Positions 36,460-45,195 of a stretch of DNA of 45,952 nucleotides are shown in pieces. The translations under genes and the position numbers were made by a program. This stretch comes from Myxococcota bacterium (GTDB lineage: Bacteria; Myxococcota_A; UBA9160; UBA4427): assembly GCA_036336835.1 (NCBI GenBank), contig JAYZFK010000008.1, positions 1-45,952 of the forward strand, written 5' to 3'. The number at the start of each line of letters is the position of its first letter. Within the stretch, counting starts at the first letter, position 1. Under the pieces are notes generated by a model that had not been told where the DNA came from, ran no database searches, and saw nothing but the letters and a program-made list of their open reading frames with translations.

Positions 36460-37278
36460 ATGGCGAAACGAGTGAAGGTCGGCGCACTGCATGTCGAGTA
36501 CGACGAAGTCGGGTCCGGCGAGCGTCCCTTCGTGCTGGTGCACGGGTTCAGTGGCTCGAGGGATGACTTCGCCGACGTGCTCGAGCCGCTCGGCGGTCTC
36601 GGTCGCACCCTGGTCCCCGACCAGCGCGGCCACGGGGGCACGACGAATCCGGGCGAGGGCTACACGCTGGATCAGCTCGCGGCAGATCTCACTGAATTTC
36701 TCGACGCCACGGGCGTCGGGCGCTGCGACCTGCTCGGCCACTCCCTGGGCGGCATGGTGGCGTTGCGCTGGGCGCTCGCGCATCCGGAGCGACTGGCGTC
36801 ACTCGTGTTGATGGACACAGCGGCCCGGCCTCACGTGACACCGAATCGGGGCTTGCGCGCGTTCGGCAGCATCGCTCGCAGAATCCCGCCGCGTTGGCTG
36901 TGGCGCCTGGTCCGGGCGAACCGCCGACGGCTCCCCGAGCCAATGCGCCGTGCCGAGCAGGAAATGGGCAGCGAGCGCTACTGGGAGCGGCTGCGCATCA
37001 AGCTCGAGGCGATGGACCCAGTCGCCTTCGACGAGCTGCTGACGGCCGTGCTCGAACAGCGGCCTGTCGTGGACCGCCTCGCCGAGATCCGCTGCCCAAC
37101 CCTGGTGCTGGTCGGCGAACAGGACGAGCCGTTCCTCTCGCCCGCCCGCGAGTTGGTGGACGGCATCCCCGACGCCAAGCTCGCGGTCATCGAAGGTGCC
37201 CATCACAGCCCCCAGATCGAAGCTCGGGACGCTTGGCTCGAGGCGATCCGCGGCCACATCCAACGAGCGCGCCCATGA
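36460..37278 (+). CDS. Alpha/beta hydrolase
   Basis: VLVHGF, PDQRGHG, nucleophile GHSLGG, LVGEQD and GAHHSP. Confidence 0.9.
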   Translation: MAKRVKVGALHVEYDEVGSGERPFVLVHGFSGSRDDFADVLEPLGGLGRTLVPDQRGHGGTTNPGEGYTLDQLAADLTEFLDATGVGRCDLLGHSLGGMVALRWALAHPERLASLVLMDTAARPHVTPNRGLRAFGSIARRIPPRWLWRLVRANRRRLPEPMRRAEQEMGSERYWERLRIKLEAMDPVAFDELLTAVLEQRPVVDRLAEIRCPTLVLVGEQDEPFLSPARELVDGIPDAKLAVIEGAHHSPQIEARDAWLEAIRGHIQRARP

Positions 37279-37330
37279 TCGGAGCGGCGCGCTTGATCTG
37301 TGCGGGTGTCGCAGGCTAAGGTGCGTCGCC

Positions 37331-38788
37331 GTGAGCAAGTCCCACCGTCCCGTGCGCGTTGCGATCATCGGAGCCGGACCGGGTGGTCTGTCCATGGCGA
37401 TTCGCCTGAAGCAGTCCGGTTTCGACGACCTCGTCCTGCTCGAGAAGGGGGACGGAGTCGGCGGCACCTGGTATCACAACCGCTATCCGGGCTGCGCCTG
37501 CGATATCCAGTCGCATCTCTACTCGTTCTCGTTCGAGATCAAGCGCGACTGGTCGCGCCCCTACGCGCCCCAGCCCGAGATCCTCGGCTACATGGAGCAC
37601 CTCGCCCAGAAGTACGAGCTGCTCCCGCACTGCCGCTTCGGAAGCGCGGTTCGGAGTGCTGCGTGGGACGAGGACCGCGCGGGCTGGACGATCGATCTCG
37701 AGTCGGGTGCGTCGGTCGAGGCCGACGTCGTGGTCAGTGCGGTCGGCATGTTCAACGAGATCGTCTGGCCCGAGATCGAGGGCCTCGAGTCGTTCGCGGG
37801 CAAGCGCATCCACACGGCGCGCTGGGATTGGGATCACGACCTCTCGGGAGAGCGGGTCGCCGTGATCGGGAGCGCGGCGAGCGCCGTGCAGCTGGTGCCC
37901 GAGATCGTCAAGCAGGCCGGCCAGGTCCATCTGTTCCAGCGCACGGCCAACTGGGTGCTGCCGAAGGAGGATGTTCCGTACACGGAGGAGGAGCTCGAGC
38001 GCTTCCGAACGGACCCCGATGCGTCCCTTGCCGAGCGCGACGAGATCTTCCGGCGGGTCGACGGCGGGATGACCTTCGCCGATCCGGCCGCGCTCGCCGA
38101 GCTGGAGGGCTTCGGTCTGGCGGCGATCGAGGTGGTCGAGGATCCCGCGCGGCGCCGCAAGCTGACGCCGCAGCATCCCTTTGGCTGCAAGCGACCGTTG
38201 GTCTCGAACGACTACTACGGCGCCTTCAATCGTCCCAACCTCGAGCTCGTGACGGACGGGATCGAGCGCGTCACGGCCGATGCCATCGTGACGGTCGATG
38301 GCAAGACGCGACCGGTCGACACGCTGATCATCGCAACGGGTTTCTCGGCAACCAAGTACCTGTCGGCGATCGAGGTTATCGGGCGGGACGCCCAGCCCAT
38401 CAGCGAGGCCTGGAGTGACGGCGCGCGGGCCTATCTCGGAATCACCACCGCGGGGTTTCCGAACCTGTTCATGCTGTACGGGCCCAATACCAACAACGGC
38501 TCGATCCTGGCGATGATCGAATGCCAGGTGGAGTATGCGTTGCAGCAGATCCAGCGCATCGCGAACGAGGATCTCGCCTGGCTCGACGTCCGTCCCGAGC
38601 CGATGGAGCGCTACAACGAAGAGATCCAACAGGCCATCCTGGGCGTGCGCGTGTGGCAGGCGAGCTGCAACGGCTACTACCGAACCCCGAGTGGTCGCGT
38701 CGTCACCCAGTGGCCGCACTCGATGAGCGAGTTCCGGAAGCGGACGGCCAAGCCCCGCGAGGATGCCTTCGAGGTGGCGCGGCGGTAG
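37331..38788 (+). CDS. Baeyer-Villiger / flavin-containing monooxygenase
   Basis: GAGPGG, GGTW..NRYPG..CD, BVMO fingerprint FAGKRIHTARWD, ATGF and FPNLFMLYGPN. Confidence 0.92.
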   Translation: MSKSHRPVRVAIIGAGPGGLSMAIRLKQSGFDDLVLLEKGDGVGGTWYHNRYPGCACDIQSHLYSFSFEIKRDWSRPYAPQPEILGYMEHLAQKYELLPHCRFGSAVRSAAWDEDRAGWTIDLESGASVEADVVVSAVGMFNEIVWPEIEGLESFAGKRIHTARWDWDHDLSGERVAVIGSAASAVQLVPEIVKQAGQVHLFQRTANWVLPKEDVPYTEEELERFRTDPDASLAERDEIFRRVDGGMTFADPAALAELEGFGLAAIEVVEDPARRRKLTPQHPFGCKRPLVSNDYYGAFNRPNLELVTDGIERVTADAIVTVDGKTRPVDTLIIATGFSATKYLSAIEVIGRDAQPISEAWSDGARAYLGITTAGFPNLFMLYGPNTNNGSILAMIECQVEYALQQIQRIANEDLAWLDVRPEPMERYNEEIQQAILGVRVWQASCNGYYRTPSGRVVTQWPHSMSEFRKRTAKPREDAFEVARR

Positions 38789-38811
38789 TCCGGCACAGCT
38801 CGGGGAAAGTC

Positions 38812-40293
38812 GTGCAAGACCATTGGGACACCATCGTCGTCGGCGCCGGATCGTCGGGCTGCACGCTCGCCGCACGACTCAGCGAAGACCCGTCACGACG
38901 CGTTCTGCTGCTCGAAGCGGGTCCCGACTACCGGGTCGCGGAGCTGCCGGACGATCTGCGCTGGCTCTGGAGCGGCTGCAACGAAGCCCACGAGTGGGGC
39001 CAGACCGCAGTCACGATCGACGAGCGCGTCGTCCCGTATCTTCGGGGCCGCTGCGTCGGCGGCTCGTCCGCGACGAACGGCGGCGTGGCCCTCCGTCCCG
39101 AGCCGCGAGACTTCGAGCGCTGGCCGCGGGGCTGGCAGTGGGACGACCTGCTGCGAGCGTTCTGCCGTCTCGAGCGCGACCTCGATTTCCCCGACGCTCC
39201 GTGGCACGGCAGCGGTGGTCCGATTCCGGTGCTGCGCTACCCGATGGAGCACTGGGCGCCCTGTCAGCGCGCGTTCCTCGACTCGTGCGCCAGGCTCGGC
39301 ATCCCCGAGTGCGACGATCACAACGAGCCGGACACGACCGGTGTCGGGCCGATCCCGCTCAACCGCGATGGCCTGGCCCGCGTGTCGTGCAACGTCGCCT
39401 ACCTCGAGCCGGCCAGGGAGCGCGCCAACCTCTCGGTGCGCGGCGCTGTGCACGCGCGGCGCGTGCTGGTCGAGCGGGGGAGTGCCCGCGGCGTCGAGCT
39501 CGTGGACGGGGAGCGACTCGGGGCGGGTGAGGTCGTCGTGTCCGCGGGTGTCCTACAGAGTCCCTTGCTGCTGTGGCGCTCGGGGGTCGGCCCGGCGGAC
39601 AGCCTGCGCGCGCTCGGAATCGAGGTCGAGCTCGATCAGCCCTCGGTCGGCGACCACCTGAGCGATCACAGCGTGGTCGTCACGCGCTGCGAGATCGACC
39701 CCGAGATGGCGCACGGTGCGCGCGGAGAGCCGGCGCTGCAGTGTCTGCTGCGGACGACGGCGGCGGGCAGCACGCGGGCAAACGATCTGCAGCTGACGCC
39801 TTCGATCGCTCGCCGCGACGACGGGGGCTATGACCTGGTGGTCCATTCCTCGCTGCAGCTGCCCGAAGGAACGGCGCGTGTGCGCGCGCGCAGCGCCGAT
39901 CCGGCGGACAGCGCCGCGGTCGACTGGCCCTTCGCGAGGTTCGCCTCGAATGTCGAGCGGTTGCGCAAGGGCTGGCAGCTGGCCGCGCGGATCCTGCTCG
40001 GAACCGGGTTGGCGCGTTCATCGCGCGAGCTCGAGGTCTTCCTGGAGCAGAGTGACGATGCGATCGACCGGCGCGTCGTGGGAGAGCACACCGCCTTCTA
40101 CCACGGAGTCGGCACGTGCAGGATGGGCGGCGACGGCGACACGGAGCGGGTGGTCGATCCGGATTGCCGCGTCATCGGGATCGAGGGCCTGCGCGTGGTC
40201 GATGCATCCGTCGCGCCCACTGTGCCTCGCACGAATACGAATCTGTTGGCGATCGCGATCGCGGAGGCCGCGGCCTCGCGCATCGCGGGCTGA
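38812..40293 (+). CDS. GMC family oxidoreductase
   Basis: IVVGAGSSG...RLSE, LLEAG, GGSSATNG, SGVGP, HGVGTCRMG and GLRVVDAS..P..P..NTN. Confidence 0.92.
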   Translation: MQDHWDTIVVGAGSSGCTLAARLSEDPSRRVLLLEAGPDYRVAELPDDLRWLWSGCNEAHEWGQTAVTIDERVVPYLRGRCVGGSSATNGGVALRPEPRDFERWPRGWQWDDLLRAFCRLERDLDFPDAPWHGSGGPIPVLRYPMEHWAPCQRAFLDSCARLGIPECDDHNEPDTTGVGPIPLNRDGLARVSCNVAYLEPARERANLSVRGAVHARRVLVERGSARGVELVDGERLGAGEVVVSAGVLQSPLLLWRSGVGPADSLRALGIEVELDQPSVGDHLSDHSVVVTRCEIDPEMAHGARGEPALQCLLRTTAAGSTRANDLQLTPSIARRDDGGYDLVVHSSLQLPEGTARVRARSADPADSAAVDWPFARFASNVERLRKGWQLAARILLGTGLARSSRELEVFLEQSDDAIDRRVVGEHTAFYHGVGTCRMGGDGDTERVVDPDCRVIGIEGLRVVDASVAPTVPRTNTNLLAIAIAEAAASRIAG

Positions 40294-40363
40294 AGTTTCA
40301 CTCGGCTGGTGACCGGGCCCGCGCAGCCGAGCCCCTTCCGGCGTTGGGCGAGTACGACTGCCC

Positions 40364-41449
40364 TCAGGAATCCATCAGGATCACGCTGCGCGCGACCTCG
40401 CCGGTGTGCAGTGCCTCGAAGCCCTCGTTGATCTGGTCGAGCGTGAGGTGTCGCGACACCAGATCGTCGAGGTTCAAGCGGCGCTGCAGGTAGAGGTTTA
40501 CGTAGGTGGGCATGTCGATGCGGAAGCGAGTCGAGCCCATCGCGGAGCCCTGGAGCTTCTTCTCCGAGAGCAGCTCGACCCCCATGATCTCCACCTTCGT
40601 ACCGACCGGGATCATGCCGATCACGGTTGCGGTGCCGCCCGTGGCGAGCATCGAGAAGCACTGCTCGGTGGTCTGCTTCAGCCCGACTGCCTCGATCGCG
40701 TGGTCGACGCCGCCTCCGGTGAGCTCGCGTACTGCTGCGACGGGGTCGTCGGCGCTTGCATCGACGGTGTCGGTTGCGCCGAAGGTGCGCGCCAACTCGA
40801 GCTTCGAGGCGAGCCGGTCGACCGCGATGATCCGCTCGGCACCGGAGAGCCGTGCCCCCTGGACCGCGTTGAGTCCGATGCCGCCGCAGCCGACCACGGC
40901 CACCGTTTCGCCCGGTCGCACGCGGGCCGTGTTCTGGACGGCACCGACGCCGGTGACGACACCGCAGCCGATCAGCGCGGCCTTGTCGAGCGGGATGTCC
41001 TTCGTGACCTTCACGACGGCCGCCTCGTGCACCAGCATCTGCTCCGCATAGCACGAGAGCTCCATGAATTGGTTGACTGGCTCGCCGCCTCGAGTGAGGC
41101 GCGGCGGATCGGCGGCCGTTCGCGTCAAGCCCTCGTGGGAGCACAGGTGCGAGCGGCCGCGCATGCAGTTGCGACAGCTTCCGCACGACATCGTCACGCA
41201 GGTGATCACGTGGTCGCCCGGCGCTACGTAGCCCACCTCGGAGCCGACGTCTTCGACGACGCCCGCGCCCTCGTGCCCGAGGACGATCGGGGTGGCGCAG
41301 GGATACTTCCCCTCCTGAAAGTGGAGGTCGCTGTGGCAAACACCGGCCGCCGCAGTCCGGATCCGCACCTCGTGGGGTCCGGGTTCGTCGATCTCGAGGT
41401 CGGCGACCTCGAGCGGCTTGTCGATTTCCGTGAGCAGCGCAGCCCTCAT
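40364..41449 (-). CDS. Zn-dependent alcohol dehydrogenase (class III-like)
   Basis: GVCHSD, GHEGAG, structural Zn CGSCRNC..C, IGCGV.TG.G and GCGGIG. Confidence 0.93.
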   Translation of the reverse strand: MRAALLTEIDKPLEVADLEIDEPGPHEVRIRTAAAGVCHSDLHFQEGKYPCATPIVLGHEGAGVVEDVGSEVGYVAPGDHVITCVTMSCGSCRNCMRGRSHLCSHEGLTRTAADPPRLTRGGEPVNQFMELSCYAEQMLVHEAAVVKVTKDIPLDKAALIGCGVVTGVGAVQNTARVRPGETVAVVGCGGIGLNAVQGARLSGAERIIAVDRLASKLELARTFGATDTVDASADDPVAAVRELTGGGVDHAIEAVGLKQTTEQCFSMLATGGTATVIGMIPVGTKVEIMGVELLSEKKLQGSAMGSTRFRIDMPTYVNLYLQRRLNLDDLVSRHLTLDQINEGFEALHTGEVARSVILMDS

Positions 41450-41578
41450 CGCCTGGTTCCTCCGTCGGCGATTCTACCCCCGGCGCGAGACCGACGGGAA
41501 CTCACAGGAGAGCATCGGCTGGCCCAGGAGATGGAGATTCATCTCCCGGACGAGCCGATGCGAGCCAGAGGGTGCGTA

Positions 41579-43237
41579 TCAGGGTGCCGCGACGCTCTGG
41601 CCGAGTGCCTGTGTGACGATCGCGAGGTCCGACTCGCGCACCCGGCCGCTGCCGTCGAGGTCGAGCGTTCGCTGGAACTCCGGGTCGCCGACCTCTGAGT
41701 CCATTGCGTTCTCGATCGCCACCAGATCGCCCTGGTCGACCAGGCCGGAGTCGTCGACATCGGGGTCGACCACCGCGACCTCGAGCAGGTTCGGCGGGCA
41801 CGCTCCCGTCACGCCAAGCTGCGCTGTGTTCGCATCGTCGCCCGCGCCGCCGAGGTCGTCGACCACGATCTCGGCGCCGCGTGAGTCGGTGATCACGAGC
41901 GTCTCGCGCGTCGGGTCGCCGTCCGTGTTGGGCCAAACGATCTGGAGCGCTCCCGATGCCACGATCTCGACCGTATGGGGCTGCGGGAGCGCGGCGATGT
42001 TGCCGAGGTGGTCGATCGGTAGCACGCGGAGCGTCGAGGTCTCGCCCGATCCGTCGTCGGGCAGGGTGAGGTGATGGATCATTTCGTAGACCACCCGTTC
42101 GCCTGCGTCGCCGAGCCCGGGCCGCAGGGGACGCGAAGGCATGTCGTTGTAGGTCAAGATGTCGGGGCGCCTGCCGAACGCGAAGCGAACGAAGTCGCGA
42201 GACTGCACGCGCGCCGTGTCGATCGAGGGCTGTGATCCGTCGAGCCGCAGCGTGAAGGACTCGCCGATCGCGGGGTTGGAGGGATCGGGCTCGATCAGGT
42301 GGACGATGTTGGCACCGACGAGTGCGTTCGCGTTTGCTGTGCTCGGCTGAGTTCCCAATACGAACGACGGCGCGGTCTGCGGCGGGAATGGCAGCCGCGT
42401 CATGATCGCGGGACCCATCGGTACGCCGCCGCCGTAGTAGCCGGGCAGGCGCGGTCCGGCATACGTCACAGCGGCGAGCGCGATATCGAGCTCCGCGCCC
42501 GGCGGGCCGCCGAGCGGCACGAACAGCTCGCCCGACGCAGTGCTGGTCCCCACGAGCGCGTACCGGCGGGCGATCGGGACCAGCTCGGTCTCCTCGATGC
42601 CGGCGTCGAGCGGGTCGCCGTCGAGCAGCGTGATGCCGATATAGCCGTCGCCGTCGAGGTCGGCGAACGCGAGCGCCAGCACGGGATGGCCCGGAAACGC
42701 CGTTCCGTCGGGCGGGGGCTCGAGCGGCAACGTGCCCGTGCTTCCGAAGACCGTGAACGCGACGCCTCCGCCCGGCGACGCCCTGTGCGCGAAGATGAGC
42801 GGCACGTCGCCGCCCGCGCGCAGCGCTGCGGGGGGCGGGATCGCGCTCGCGGTCGCGGCCATGGAGCGGATCACCAGGTCGATGTCCCCGATCTCGGGAC
42901 CGATCACGACACCGTCGGTGTCCTCGTCGTCGTCTTCGGCCGCGTCGGTGTCCTGGTCGTCGTCTTCGGCAGCATCGGTGTCCCGGTCGTCGTCTTCGGC
43001 AGCATCGGTGTCCTGGTCGTCGACTTCGGCAGAGGTGGCCTCGGCGTTGGCGACGTCGCTTGCCGGTCCGTCGGGAGCGGCAGTCACGCGAGGAGCGCCC
43101 GGCACGATCTCGTAGATCAGGCCGGTTGTCGGGTCGACCGGGTCGCCAGCCACGAGCCAGTCCGGTCCCGGCGGGCAGGCGTTGGCCAGCAGGAGGACGG
43201 AGAGCCCCGCCAGCGCGAGCGTGACTCGCCGGTTCAT
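41579..43237 (-). CDS. Hypothetical lipoprotein with Asp-rich decapeptide repeats and C-terminal dockerin-like double EF-hand
   Basis: Signal MNRRVTLALAGLSVLLLANAC, four repeats of about AEDDDQDTDA, a DLDGDGY Ca-loop, and C-terminal DVDDSGLVDQGDL...DLDGSGRVRESDL. Confidence 0.75.
   Translation of the reverse strand: MNRRVTLALAGLSVLLLANACPPGPDWLVAGDPVDPTTGLIYEIVPGAPRVTAAPDGPASDVANAEATSAEVDDQDTDAAEDDDRDTDAAEDDDQDTDAAEDDDEDTDGVVIGPEIGDIDLVIRSMAATASAIPPPAALRAGGDVPLIFAHRASPGGGVAFTVFGSTGTLPLEPPPDGTAFPGHPVLALAFADLDGDGYIGITLLDGDPLDAGIEETELVPIARRYALVGTSTASGELFVPLGGPPGAELDIALAAVTYAGPRLPGYYGGGVPMGPAIMTRLPFPPQTAPSFVLGTQPSTANANALVGANIVHLIEPDPSNPAIGESFTLRLDGSQPSIDTARVQSRDFVRFAFGRRPDILTYNDMPSRPLRPGLGDAGERVVYEMIHHLTLPDDGSGETSTLRVLPIDHLGNIAALPQPHTVEIVASGALQIVWPNTDGDPTRETLVITDSRGAEIVVDDLGGAGDDANTAQLGVTGACPPNLLEVAVVDPDVDDSGLVDQGDLVAIENAMDSEVGDPEFQRTLDLDGSGRVRESDLAIVTQALGQSVAAP
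42915..43031. repeat. 30-bp in-frame tandem repeat, about 4 copies
   Basis: Unit of about TCGGTGTCCTGGTCGTCGTCTTCGGCAGCA starting at 42915, 42945, 42975 and 43005. Confidence 0.9.
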
Positions 43238-43731
43238 CGGGAGCCCCCGACGGCGACCCGGAGCGGATTCGAGAGCACAGGCTCACCTTCGTTCCAGACG
43301 AAGAGCTGCACCTGCGCGGGGCCGAACGGGAACCAGTCCGGGAGCACGAAGTCGATTCGCTCCTCCGAGAGCTCGACGAGCTGCGCCGCGGGCTCGGGCG
43401 ATCCGCCGGCGAGGAGCCCCGCCACATCGTTGATCTGCAGACCGTCGGAGAGTGAGGGATCGTCGCCGCGCACGGCGCCGGCGGTCGGGTCGAGGCGTAC
43501 GTATTGAGTACCGGAATGCAGGTTGCGAACCAGGACCTGGAGCGGGAACGGTACCTGTGCGAGGTCGTCGCTGTGGAATTGCCCTTCTACACGCAGGATC
43601 GTCGGCGATCCGTCGATCACCACGGCGTTTCGCAGGGCGAGAGAGGGGTCGGTGGGCGTTGCGTGAACGGAGGCACCGATGCAGACCGCGAGCGAGACAG
43701 CAGTCAAGTAACTCAGTAGATGCGAAAACAT
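43234..43731 (-). CDS. Hypothetical secreted beta-rich protein (IPT/TIG-like C-terminus)
   Basis: Signal peptide ending SVHA. SEERIDFVLP...GPAQVQL...SNPLRV pattern. ATGA overlap with the downstream lipoprotein gene. Confidence 0.65.
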   Translation of the reverse strand: MFSHLLSYLTAVSLAVCIGASVHATPTDPSLALRNAVVIDGSPTILRVEGQFHSDDLAQVPFPLQVLVRNLHSGTQYVRLDPTAGAVRGDDPSLSDGLQINDVAGLLAGGSPEPAAQLVELSEERIDFVLPDWFPFGPAQVQLFVWNEGEPVLSNPLRVAVGGSR

Positions 43732-43820
43732 ATTAAAAATTCCATGTAAATATTGATGTTGTTAAAGATTATAGATTAAGATCATATTATTACAATATAA
43801 ATGTAACTTAAAATCCATAG
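43731..43820 (-). promoter_or_regulatory. Extremely AT-rich promoter island with TTGTAA-N16-TATAAT
   Basis: 16 G+C in 90 nt (about 18%). On the minus strand, TTGTAA at 43795-43790 and TATAAT at 43773-43768 point at the ATG at 43731. Confidence 0.65.
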
Positions 43821-43997
43821 TCGGCGTTGGCTCGTGCGCCCCCCTTGTTGTCGCGCCCCCGCGGGGGTTCAGCCAAGAGCGGCCACAGTCGTCTCCCGTG
43901 TCGGGCAAGCCGCGGGCGCGACCGACTGCGGCTCGGCCCGATCGGGGTGTACGAGCGCAGCCCGGGCCGCGCGTGGGAGGCTGTCTCCGCGGCGGGT

Positions 43998-44032
43998 CGA
44001 CGGAGGCCGGCTTGGTAGGGGGGCCTCCGTCG
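43998..44032 (-). terminator. 11-bp inverted repeat hairpin just after the acyl-CoA dehydrogenase stop
   Basis: CGACGGAGGCC (43998-44008) / GGCCTCCGTCG (44022-44032), with no clear U-tract. Confidence 0.45.
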
Positions 44033-44037
44033 GGCTG

Positions 44038-45177
44038 CTAGAAACCGTTCAGCGAGGCGACCCGATCGCGGTGGAAGCGCGTGTCGCCAAAGGTGCGCTG
44101 CTGCACGCGGCATCGTTTCAGGAACAGGCCGACGTCCTCTTCGTCGGTGACGCCGATGCCGCCGTGCATCTGCACGCCTTCGTTGCTGATCAGCTGCGCC
44201 GCGTCGCCAAGCTTCGCCTTGGCGATCCCCACGAGGCGCGGTGCGTCTTCAGCGTCCGCGTCGAGCGCCTGCAGCGCTTCGAGCACAACAGTCTTCGAAA
44301 GCTCGATCTCGATGAACATCTTCGCGGCGCGGTGCTTGAGCGCCTGGAAGCTCCCGATCGGGACGCCGAACTGCTCGCGTACCTTCAGGTACGCGAGGGT
44401 CCTGTCGAACACGGCCTCGATGCCGCCCAGCATCTCGGCGCACAGCCCGGCCGTGGCGCGGTCGAGTGTCGCGTCGAGCCAGTCGGCGGCTCGCCCCGGC
44501 TCGCCGAGGGCGGCAGCGTCGGGCACGCGGACGTCGTCGAGGACGATCTGGGCGACGTTGCGACCGTCGGCCATACGGCGGCGGTGACGGCTCATGCGGG
44601 CGGCGTCCGCGTCCACCAGGAAGAGGCCCAGGCCGTCGCGGTCATCCGTGTCGCCCGCGAGGCGAGCGACCACCACGAGTTGATCCGCGGCGTGCCCGTC
44701 GATCACGAAATCCTTGGCGCCGGAGAGGACCCAATCGTTGCCATCGCGCCGAGCGCTCGTTGCGACCCGGTAGGGCTGGTGATAGGCGCCCTCTTGAATC
44801 GCCGCGGTGAGCAACCGCTCGCCGCTGCACAGGGGCGTCAGGATCTCCTTGCGCTGTGTATCGTTGCCCGCGAGGGCGACCACAGTGCCGCCGAGCAGAA
44901 CGCTGCCGACCAGCGGCGTCGCAGCGAGCGTGCGACCGCACTCGCGCATCACCACACCGATCTCCGCGCAGCCGAGGTCCGCTCCGCCGTACTTCTCGGG
45001 GAACGGGATGCCGGCCCACCCGAGTTCCGCCATCTCCTTCCACAGCGGGCGCGAGAAGCCGTCGGGATCGACTTCGTCGCGGATGCGGCGCAGCTCGCCG
45101 ATCGGGGCGTGCTGATCGAGGAAGGTGCGCGATACCTCGCGCAACAGCTGCTGCTCTTCGGTCCAGACCAGTGCCAT
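44038..45177 (-). CDS. Acyl-CoA dehydrogenase family protein (short, likely beta subunit of a heteromeric pair)
   Basis: LGWAG..PE.YGG, REQFGVPIGSFQALKHR and QMHGGIGVT.E, with a short C-terminus. Confidence 0.9.
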   Translation of the reverse strand: MALVWTEEQQLLREVSRTFLDQHAPIGELRRIRDEVDPDGFSRPLWKEMAELGWAGIPFPEKYGGADLGCAEIGVVMRECGRTLAATPLVGSVLLGGTVVALAGNDTQRKEILTPLCSGERLLTAAIQEGAYHQPYRVATSARRDGNDWVLSGAKDFVIDGHAADQLVVVARLAGDTDDRDGLGLFLVDADAARMSRHRRRMADGRNVAQIVLDDVRVPDAAALGEPGRAADWLDATLDRATAGLCAEMLGGIEAVFDRTLAYLKVREQFGVPIGSFQALKHRAAKMFIEIELSKTVVLEALQALDADAEDAPRLVGIAKAKLGDAAQLISNEGVQMHGGIGVTDEEDVGLFLKRCRVQQRTFGDTRFHRDRVASLNGF

Positions 45178-45195
45178 CTCGTTGTTCTCTGCGGC

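Noticed and set aside
38812..40293. GMC enzyme as mycofactocin-system MftG
   Set aside because: No mftA-F genes or precursor peptide are in the window, and the motifs are generic GMC.
43739..43768. dif/Xer-like site in the AT island (..TGTAA-ATATTGA-TGTTGTTAAAG)
   Set aside because: Only about 8/11 match to the XerD arm and a 7-nt spacer is needed. Such a match is expected by chance in AT-rich DNA.
43725..43820. oriC DNA-unwinding element
   Set aside because: No DnaA boxes (TTATCCACA) were seen nearby and there are no dnaA/dnaN/rep genes in the window.
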